A stretch of 20,000 nt of DNA from Toensbergia leucococca (taxonomy: Eukaryota). Both the position numbers and the translations under genes were made by a program. Below, one piece after another: positions 1 through 9,455 of this stretch. The DNA is taken from assembly GCA_022813965.1 (NCBI GenBank), contig JALDZS010000052.1:112873-132872 (forward strand), given 5' to 3'. Position 1 is the stretch's first letter. The number at the start of each line of letters is the position of its first letter. The notes beneath the pieces are model-generated. The model was not told the origin of the DNA. It saw only the letters and a program-made list of their open reading frames with translations, and searched no databases.

Positions 1-415
1 TACGCTCCTCACATGGCGTGAAGGTGGCACCATGTGAGTCTGTCCTAGATTTCAAGGTATCATTGTTTTCCTAATCTTGGGGAATCCTTGATGGGATGAT
101 CAAAGGAGAATTGAATGCGACATATCACGAAGATCCTGCGGGGGCTTGGCAGGCTAGCGATGTGAAAAAGGAAAAAGGAAACGCTTGTGAAGGCCATAGG
201 AGTGAATTGAGGCAGATCTACTGTACATGTGGATAGAGATAACGGTCGGAATGATAATCTTCTTTGCCTTGTCGAGGGTTCGGAACTCCAATGCCAAAAC
301 AACAACTTCTAAAATCCTTTTGCCACACGAAATGCAGGAAATAAAAAGCAACCCTATTCCTCAATTTACACGCACTAAGTAGCACACAACCACCATAGTC
401 CACTTCACTTCCTTA

Positions 416-1603
416 TCACTGCTGCTGTTTCTTCTGCGCCGCCGGCCCATTTTCCTTATCAAAAGCAGCGTACGAAACCTGTAGACTAGAAACGCCTGAA
501 ATTCCAACATAGAGGATAGCAAGCAGAAGGAAGCCCACAAGAAGGCCCATGAAAATGCCTGCCATATCATGTCAACAACCATCTTGATTACAACCCAAGC
601 CTAATTTCATTAGAAGCTGAACCTACCTGGGGTAAAGAATTGATATTTCTCAAAGAGCGGCAGACTCGAATCCACTCCGCTATGATTGGACGCACGGCCC
701 TGGATTGAGTAATCTCGCTTTAGATCGATGTGGACTGCAGATGGGAAGGCTGAGTCCATTTCGTAGGTTTGGGACTCTTGAATGAGAATTTGGGGGTGAT
801 CAGATGAGATGGGAGTGGTAGTGTAGATTACAGTGTATTTTGGCGAGGGGAGGAGGTCTAGGACCGAGGAAAGAAATCCATCTGTTTTGCTCGCGTTAGG
901 TGTTTGAGGGTTTAAAGTGTGGTATTGATGAGTTCACCATTCTCTGAGAGTTTGGAAGCTCTGTCATGAGTGGTTGAGAGACTGGGAAAGTCGAGGCTTA
1001 TGATTCGAGGTTTCATATCGTCGACAACCGGAAAGGAGCCAGCTAGAAGCAAAATTAAAGTCAGCGAGATTATGAACGGAGGATTTTTGAATATGTTGTT
1101 CTCCGCCACTCGAAGAGGAATGCAGGTATCTTGGGTATAACTTTCTCGCTACTCACTTGAAGCATCCACACTCAGAATCCCAGCTCCACACTGTGTTTCT
1201 AGTACGCTTACCAACTGGTTCGGATCTATTTCTCCTACAACGTCTGTGACCGTAAAGCTTGATCGGATATCCCGATTGGTCCCTGTTATCCTGCTTTTTA
1301 GATATGGCGCCGCGTGTCGATTTCTGTAGTCCACTGCGTTGACACCCGGTTGAGATACGATAACATAGGTATCTGAAGGACATCTTTCAAGACTCTTCGT
1401 TAATGTCTCGCTCAAAGAAGCTGCTGAGGCGATCTGGGGAGACGATGCGAGTATTCTAGAGGAGATAGCGGATTAGCTTCGTTGGCGCTGGGGGTTAGGG
1501 AGCGTTACTCTGAGGTGGAGAAGAAGAATAGAGGAGAAGTGTTTTGGAAGGCATTTGCTAGGTATACACTCAGAGCGAGCGCCCCTAGCTGTGTAAGATA
1601 CAT
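416..1603 (-). CDS. V-ATPase assembly factor / subunit S1-like (VOA1/BIG1/Ac45 family) type I ER membrane protein, 5 exons
   Basis: Exons (minus) 1603-1509, 1455-1157, 1042-938, 881-627 and 558-416 join in frame across GT..AG introns with CTRAY-like branch sites. Signal peptide MYLTQLGALALSVYLANA followed by FQNTSPLFFFS and CPSDTYVIVSQPGV. The C-terminus has LPLFEKYQFFTPGIFMG, a TM helix and a KKQQQ* tail typical of the family. Confidence 0.88.
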
Positions 1604-1783
1604 GGCGCTGTGATGTGGGTGAGGGGATTCGGGAATTGCTGATGATGCCACAGAGACGAAGCGGCAGACGGAGAGCGGCAGGTTCAGCCGAGTCCGCGAG
1701 AAATTCCCTCCCACTCCTAGACTCGCCATTAATCTAGTGATGCTCTTTCTTGAGCCAATGATTACATATCTACCTACTTTAAG
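1604..1783. promoter_or_regulatory. Short divergent (bidirectional) promoter region between the VOA1/BIG1-like gene and RRP17
   Basis: Only 180 bp separate the two head-to-head ATGs (1603 minus, 1784 plus). Confidence 0.6.
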
Positions 1784-2539
1784 ATGATAGGTAGAAGGAA
1801 ATCTAAACAAATATTGCCTCCATTAAAAAAGAAAAAGAGATCCACCTCGTCCATTGAAGAGATTGCATTCGATCACGGTGCACGAGCGGATTACCTGACC
1901 GGATTCCACAAGAGAAAGCTGCAGCGGATCAAGCATGCGCAAGGGGAGGCTGCCAAAAAGGAGCGAGAGGAGCGGATCGCTGCTCGAAAAATTGTTGGTG
2001 ACTCCTGATTCTACTTTCGCGGGTTACGTTTAACCTCCGGGGCACAGCTACGAGACGGACGAAAAGTAGACCTCGAGAAACATGTTAAAGCAGTGAATTC
2101 CATGCTAAGAGATGCTGATGGCGAGGCTGGTACTTCGCATGTAGAGAGTGAAGATAGTCAAATTGAGGAGTGGGGAGGGATTGCAGAATTATCGGAGATT
2201 GATCACGAAGCAGAATATATCGACGAGGACCGATATACTACGGTCACCGTTGAAGCTGTGGATATATCGAAAGACGGATTTCACAAAAGTAATATTGAGA
2301 GCGAAGAGGAAGACGAAGTGGCAAGTGGTCTTGGAAAAGACGCAGCAGCCGCGAAGGATTCGACGGATAAGGAAGACAACAAAACACAAAAAGGGAAACG
2401 GGTTTGGACCAAGGAACGGCCTAATGGGCCCAAGAAGAGGAAGAAGAAGTTCAAATACGAGAGCAAAGCAGAGAGGAAGGTCACAAGGCATAAGGAGAAG
2501 TCAGGTAACAAAGCAAAGGCTAAAGCTAGGAAGGAATGA
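1784..2539 (+). CDS. RRP17: rRNA-processing protein Rrp17/Nop25 (nucleolar protein 12 family), 2 exons
   Basis: Exons 1784-1993 and 2048-2539 (intron GTTGGT..CACAG, 54 nt). Motifs IEEIAFD..ARADYLTGFHKRKLQR, EYIDEDRYTTVTVE and a basic C-terminus KKKFKYESKAERK. Confidence 0.93.
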
Positions 2540-2779
2540 TGCATTGTATTGTTAATTTCCAACGCACAGCATGATACCCCTTTTATAGAGTCATGTATTC
2601 GTGGCCGCTGAGAAAGCTCCATAATGCTACACCGATTGGACACCATTGGAAACAAAGAGACGCACGAGGCCGAATAATCAGATGTAGCTTATGCCATCGA
2701 TAACCCGATCGATCGTCAACCTTAAGTTGCTTCAAAACGCTTCAAATACAACGCCTAATTGATGTAAAGGGCCTATAAT

Positions 2780-3507
2780 CTAGATGTTGCCAATCTCGGC
2801 GTTAAAATCATCTAGCTCCTTCTGTACCAACTTGTACTTTTGAGACATCTCTTCGTATTTGGCTTCCCATTGTTCACTGGTACCTTCGAGGGCCTGGACC
2901 TTGCGCTCGTAGTGACCAGCTTTGACATCTGTTTGACGTAGTCTGCGAGCAGAATATAGTCAGCGGGGATGTCAAGAAGTTTCTCTCATTCAGATCAGGG
3001 CAAAGATTTTTATAGGTATTATTCAAGAAACTTACCGGTCGTTGGTCTCCCTAAGCTTCCTATCCGATTCCTCGGCTTCCTCTTCTAGCAGCTGCAATCT
3101 TCTCTGTAATGCCTCATTCTGTGTGCTATGATGACCGTTATCCTCCACCTGTGTCTTAGCGTCCTTAAGACCAGTCTCCAATTTCTCGACCTCTGCCTCT
3201 AACAACTGGTTCTTGTGTGATAAGGATGTAATCTCCTGCTCTTTTGACATGTTTTCCTGCTCGAGAAGCTTGACTTTGCTCTGAAGTTCTTCAACTTTGT
3301 TTTGGGCTTCCTCCTGTTCTAAGCGCAGGGTATTCATTTTCTAGTAAAGCTGTGTTAGCAAACTTGCATATCAAAGGTAGCCATTTCATGAGGAAGACGC
3401 GTCTAAGTCTTTAAGCCTCAAAAAGTAGGCTGCAGAGCAAAGCAAGGGCGTAAGGTATTGACAAAGCATGGTAGATGTACCTGCTTGATAGTTTCGAGAT
3501 GAGACAT
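2780..3507 (-). CDS. TPM1: Tropomyosin (Tpm1/Cdc8-like), 3 exons, 164 aa
   Basis: Exons (minus) 3507-3481, 3340-3036 and 2942-2780. Heptad coiled coil with KMNTLRLE, KEQEITSLSHKNQLLEAEVEKLE, RRLQLLEEEAEE and LRQTDVKAGHYERKVQALE..WEAKYEEM. Confidence 0.95.
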
Positions 3508-3817
3508 GATTGCGGTTGAAGGTAGCGTAAGAGCGAAGCGACGATTTGTGAGTTTATGAGTAGAGCTTGCTGTAGTGTACGGATTTGAGTACGCGGTGCT
3601 TTGCTTATGGCGTGTATTGTTGGTGGACACCTAAGGATGTGTGCTGCGTCCATAAGCCCCTCGGTTCAAGCTGCCGCTTTTAGGGCGCCGTTTCCGTGAC
3701 AACTTATCTGTAAACAATAGGAGTTTTCGACGTCAGGCGATGAACATCAATCAAGAATCGACCATTCAACATGTAAAGGAGTTATTAATACTTATCAACT
3801 GATACTTTCGACTCAAA
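3508..3817. promoter_or_regulatory. Divergent promoter between tropomyosin and securin, with a forkhead-type GTAAACAA site (3710-3717)
   Basis: 310 bp between head-to-head ATGs. Exact GTAAACAA at 3710-3717 and ACGCG at 3591-3595. Confidence 0.5.
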
Positions 3818-5300
3818 ATGCTTGCTGCACGGGATCAGGAGAACTTGGCTCATGGACACCAGACAACAGCAGCTTCAAAGCCTTTGAATCAAGGAACAAA
3901 GCAATTCCCACCAAAGACCCCTGGGAACAAAGCATTCAAAACACCCTTCAAAATACCCCTCAATGACGAGAATGGTGCTACTGGATATTGTGGAGGGAAA
4001 ACGGCATTAAACATTCATGGCAAAGGCAACGAGAATCTGCCGATTACGGGAAAGAAATTGGCCCCTGCAAACAAGGATGCGTTCATTACACCGATGGGTA
4101 TGTTCTCTCGTGAATCTCAATGAGCGATTTCCTAGCTTACGTTCTATGATGCGTAAGGGCCACGAAGTCGAGCTCCCCTAGGCCTCAAGACTACCAATGC
4201 CAAAGCGAAATCACTGCAAACCCCTGCACTACTTCCCACTGATAATGAACATGACAAAACAAATCAGAAGAGCTCAGGCGTTCGGAAGTCGAAGCCGCGA
4301 GTATCTCATGCAGAAATGACAAAGCTAGAGATTCTTGGTGACAAAGATGAGCTCGAGGAGAGGGAAATCGAGTATATGCCACCACCAGCTACAAGTACAG
4401 TCAATGCATGTTCAAAAAATAGATATTCGCTGACCTGAAATAGACTTGCCTGATTATCCAGACGAGGATCTTCATAAGATGGATTTCTCAATGTTTGAAA
4501 AAGGAGGACTGACACGCGGCTACTGGGGCTACTACTTGAATAGACCTGGTCCGGATGGGTTGAGTCACCTACAGCGAGAAGAGCAGGAGCGCCAGAAGGT
4601 ATGGGATAAGCATGACAAGATAATGGAAGCGACGATTCAAAGAGATATCGATAGCGCTCCAATCCCTTGCATCCATAACCCGGAATGCCCTGGCGAGGAG
4701 TGTAAGGCGAGTATTGAAGCCAAGAAAACAGCCGAGGCAAAGTGGAAGAAGACTGTCGCAACTCTTGAATACAAGCAGGAACCTGCACCGAGGAAGCTTC
4801 AAGAAAACAAAGGTCCTTCGACGCTCACATCCAAAAGCGCAGCTATGGCTCTGTCTCAAGCCAGGCCAACCTCTGTCGCTCCAAAGCAAAAAGTCCCATC
4901 CACTAAACCTCAATTCCCATCCTCTGTTCTCTCTCGTAGACAGAAGACTCCTCCCCCTTCGAACCCGTCGCCAATGCGACACACGGCCGCGGCGGTAAAT
5001 TCGAAAAACACCATGGGTTACTCCAAAGGTCGTGCCGCGTCGGCGGCTCTCCGCAAGACAGTCCTCCCCAAGAAAGAACTCCCAACTTTGGAAGCCCCAG
5101 ATCAGACGCTAGCACCTGCGATATATATCCAGCGTTACGGCGAACCTCGCTTGGGTAGTGAGATGTGGTTTCGCTGCAAGTCAGCCGGCTGTTTTGATAG
5201 TGATGAAGATGAGGGGCTAGAGGACGGCCTAAAGGGCATCATACCGGAAAGTCTACTGATGGACGAAGAGGCAGAGAGGGATTTTGCATTCACTTGGTAA
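3818..5300 (+). CDS. Securin-like protein (Pds1/Cut2-type separase inhibitor), 3 exons
   Basis: Exons 3818-4097, 4158-4394 and 4444-5300. N-terminus MLAARDQENL, several TP (CDK) sites, D-box RAPLGLKTTN and EIEYMPP resembling the Cut2 DIEYMPP separase-binding motif; low-complexity, disordered composition. Confidence 0.8.
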
Positions 5301-6625
5301 AGTGCGAATGATTTCGGGAAACATGTTGGGACAGGATCGGCAAAGTGTTCACATGCACTGGTTGCTTTTCGCGTGGTGTTGGCTAGCAAGTATTGATGAG
5401 CATGAAATTGAAAGTAATCATTGAATTTCCTTGTTACCCACTGGAATATGCTCACGATTGTGATATGTTGTTTGGGAACATGAGTAGGATGGAATGATAT
5501 CTTCTATGAAGTGAGTGGATTCCAAGACTACAGAGATGAGAGCACTTTGTGGTGGTCTTCTCATAGTAAGACGATTCTGAAATCATGCTTATTGAGTCTC
5601 ATACGAGTGTACTTGAGTAAGTGAGATTACTCAACATGAATTATCAAGCCTCCTTTAGTTTCTACTGTGATTCAAAACTGGTGAAAATCTGTAGATTGAA
5701 CCAGAGTGCATCGAACAAATCCAAGCATGTAAGCAGTCAGATATCTGAACGATACGGAAGATTTCAGGTGTTTACAGAAAGTGAGAGGGTTGACTAACGG
5801 GTGCCCTTCGCCTGCCCTTCGCCATCGGTCACAAGCCCTAACCCCGCTTCCCTCGACCAAGCAAAGCCCGGCGGAAACCAAGGTTGAAAAAGTTAATGTC
5901 AACCCCCTTCCATCATATCTTGTCAACTCGTCCACCAGAAAAATTCCACATATGAATGGCGTACTCCGATATTTGGCAGCCGTGGAGAGCGAAGATGGGT
6001 TATTATGAGCTTCTTTCTCCCTCAAGCTAATGCTCAAAAATATCCCTGTATAGATTTCTTCGTGCTTGGTCATGCCGCAGGTCTTCTTTGCATAAGGGAA
6101 GTGGGTGACCAACGCAAGCAGGTACTGGGAGCAAGACTTATTATAGCGTCGATGAACCCTCACAAACTCACCGACAAAAGAAACACAATCCCCACTTGAC
6201 TATTGTATCAGCGCCATTAGGAATCGAATCTAATGTGAAAAATGTATGACTCCTATTACACCGACAAGGTGCAGCTTTTCTGTGCCTTGGAATTTCATTT
6301 CTCTTACGTGATTAGCATACTTCTGGAAGTCGAAAGCTTGGCTCTAACCAAGCAAAACATTTGCGCATGACCAGCCTCGGAATTCAGCGAGATTTTTCTC
6401 AATTGCTAGACACGTGTGCTCTACTTTGTTTATATTTCTTACCTCCTCAAGAGGCTCTTCCATCAATTGCATTGAGATGTTTTGCTTCTCAAGACTCCAA
6501 TCCAATAAGCTCCACCTTCAATAACCTTCCTCATTCCACCCCAACCCAATTCACTTTCCCCAAACCCAACACTCGCCCAAACCAGCCCCACGTCGTTCCA
6601 TCTCTTCCCTGCCCCATAAACACCC

Positions 6626-7178
6626 ATGTCTCCTCACCACCTCACCGCCTCCCACGGCCGCGGCGGCGCAGGTAAGCCCTCCCCCACACCCTCAAATCAA
6701 CTCCCAATCAACTAAACCCTCTTCAGGCAACATTTCAACCCCTTCACCCCCACAGCCGAACCTCGCCCTCTCAACCTCAACCCTCAAAATCCCCCTTTAC
6801 ACCACCGGCCGCGGCGGCACCGGAAACATGGCCATCAACGACCCCGCAAACCCACAACTAGCCCGCGACCGCCAAGACGTCGAAGTCGGCTCCCGCGAAG
6901 TCGGTGAGAGTAATCATTGTGGTCGAGGTGAGTGCCCCCTCTTTCTTTTAGAAAAAAAGGAAACTCTTTAGCTGGTTTTTGGGAGAGCTGGTGGATAGCA
7001 TGGGGGACTGATGAGTGTGGGGATTGTAGGCGGCGCAGCAAATACCATCCGGACGAGTGAGGATGGTGCAAGGTTGGGAAGGGAGGCGCTTTCTAGTGGC
7101 GTCGGAGGGAAAGGGGAGAGGAATCGGAGTCGGGGGCTGGCGGATCGGGGGAAGGAGCTTTTGTTTGGGGGCAAATAG
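6626..7178 (+). CDS. DUF3602 / Par32-like small protein with GRGGAGN repeats, 3 exons (absent from the ORF track)
   Basis: Exons 6626-6671, 6727-6927 and 7030-7178 give MSPHHLTASHGRGGAGNI...YTTGRGGTGNM...QDVE...HCGRGGAAN...GLADRGKELLFGGK*. Donors GTAAGC and GTGAGT are canonical. Confidence 0.85.
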
Positions 7179-8639
7179 ATTGGGTTCGATGGGCTGCATT
7201 GCGGGGGCGCCATGTGGGAATATCTGGCGTTGGGTTCGGTAGATGAGGTGGGTGCCTTTCTTGTAAATTCGTGGCTTCAGAAAGGTTGGTATTTATGGGA
7301 TTGTTTTTTGGGGGCTGGTGTGTCGTGTGGTATTTTGAGATGGGTGTGACGGTGGTTTAGCAGGGGCTGACAAGGTCAAGAGACGTGATGATCGAGATCT
7401 AGTTTGGTAAACTGGAGCTGTTTCGAGTCTGTGAGATTGGTCCTTCCCCCCTCCCAACACACTCCCCGCGGAGAAGGCTTTTAGAATTGAGAGGGGGACA
7501 GGTTGTGAGATGTGTGAGGGGTGGGGGAAGGGGTTACTTCCATTATCTTCGGATCAAAGCAGAGCAAAGACTTTCAATTCGATTAGGGATGGGGAATAAA
7601 GATGTCGACATTGCTCTCGAAATGTTGAAACCAAACACCATCAATTTCAAAGATCAGATCCAGTCCCCAAGCAAGAAAATCCGGGAGTCTCATACTCTTT
7701 CCTTCACCGACTGTCTCTTTTTCTTTCTTCCCCAGAATCTTACCCACTCTCCCTACCATGTTCCCCCCCTACTTGAAAAGATCCGAGTCTTCACTCAGCC
7801 CTACACCGCCCCTGAAGCGATTGAGATTTAAGCAGAGACAGCTTCTTCGTTTACAGATAGGCTTTGAGTGATCTGGGAAATGGGTTAGTGTTGAGGGCGG
7901 CGCTGAGGAAGGTGCGGGAGGTGTGGGAGGTGCCAATATGCGTCTTAATTTGCGCTTGGGCTTGATGGGATTGGGGGGAGTGAGAGGGAAGGGAGGGAGA
8001 AAGGGGAGTTTGAGATTTTTCAGCTTTGATGCTTTTTGTTTCGAATTTGGAATGGTTTTTTTCTTCTGGGACTTCTGTTTCTGGTGCTCGAGTTGGATGC
8101 TTGTGATGGGGTTGGTAGTAGCTGGAGCTTTGGACCATGCTGTGGGTGCTGCGATGGTGTTGTCTTCGGTGGGTGGGCTGGTTCTTGGCGTTGGGTATGG
8201 GCTGTGCGCTGGGCTTGGGGGTTTTTGGTGGAGGGTTTGGTGGAGAGTGGAAGGGGGGGCTGTAAGTGCGTGTGAATGGATGCTGGGCCAGGCCGGGATT
8301 GGAGAATGATGTTATGTGAGGAATAAAGAATGGCTTTTTTTTTTCTTTTACGTTTTGGTTAGGGGAGTTGAGACGGATTTTCTTTTTGGATTGAATAAAG
8401 GATGTGGGATTCGAGGTCGGTTTCGTGGGAGTTTTTGCCTGGTTGAGGTCAACGAATATAAGGAAATAGGAGGTTGCTTGGGTTTCCGAAGTTGTGTGAG
8501 ACATTTGATCAGTTGCGGAGACAGATCCAATTGTCGCAGGGATACTTATAAAACTCGTCGAAGTGGCGATAAGTGTTGCTCAAAGCTATTCCCTACTTCT
8601 TTCATTAGGGCAATGCCATTCCACTGCTGTGTGTACATT

Positions 8640-9000
8640 CTAGTCATAGCGCAGCGTCGTTAGTATCGGAGTATGCATTTGGTAATCATAGCGTAGCTCT
8701 TCAAAGTCAATGTATGATGACTTCGTTCTATGATGAATAGCAAGAGTTAGATCGACCGGAAGCTGCTTCGGCATTACTTCAATCAAATTCTGCTGACGCC
8801 AAAACAGTAGATCTCCTGTGAAAGCGAAGAGGTCCACTGATATTCTCCGGAATAGCGAAGATTCCGGGGTGGTTTTCGTAGACTTGAAGTATTTCGTCGT
8901 CCTTTGGAAGTTGCTCGTTTGATAGTACTTTATCCATGAACATGTCAATGCATTGATTCTGATGGTCCGCTATATCTTGAGCTTCCAGAAAGATGTATCA
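8640..9000 (-). pseudogene. Remnant of a fungal BTB/POZ-domain protein (C-terminal helical part)
   Basis: One frame reads *YIFLEAQDIADHQNQCIDMFMDK..LPKDDEILQVYEN. Removing one C at ~8871 continues it as TPESSLFRRISVDLFAF..MPKQLPVDLTLA..YDYQMH, matching the LY.FA..YD...L.N..ID / VYENTP.SS.LRR..VD / C.YH.H pattern of fungal BTB proteins. Confidence 0.6.
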
Positions 9001-9455
9001 TCTTTCAGCGAGATTGCGAACAGCATCAATGTTCCGCCCGGCTAGGACTGCGGCAAGGCGGAGTGTCAATGTATCATGGGGGGGCCTGGTCCTGGAAGCT
9101 TTTGAAGAAAGTATTACAAGCTGCGAGTGGTAAATTATCAATTAATTTACGGAGTAGGTGGGCTCGACTCCTATGTTAGGAATGTTTATTGACAGCCGAT
9201 TCCTCCTCGTCCGGCTCTCAGCACACGCTATTCTAAAACTAGCGCGTTCCTTCATATTGTGGCTCAATCCACCGAATCCTCCCTCCACTCTGTTCTAATC
9301 CTCCACTACGCCGGTGGTCTCTATCATTGGCCGAAGTTTGCATGCGATGACAATCATGCCTACGTTTCACTGGATTTCTGTCCTAGAGCTCATGAGAGTC
9401 TTGTGGGGCCTAGCCCTCGGTACTGATAATTCGAAGATGGTGGCATGACTTAGCC

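Noticed and set aside
8..38. 9-bp inverted repeat CTCACATGG/CCATGTGAG (and an 8-bp one at 5613-5634)
   Set aside because: Isolated short hairpins with no supporting context.
1491..1500. GGGGTTAGGG telomere-like motif
   Set aside because: Only 1.5 units inside an intron; not a telomeric tract.
7851..8504. 217-aa and overlapping ORFs as definite CDS
   Set aside because: Low-complexity products expected from the base skew; no recognisable domain.
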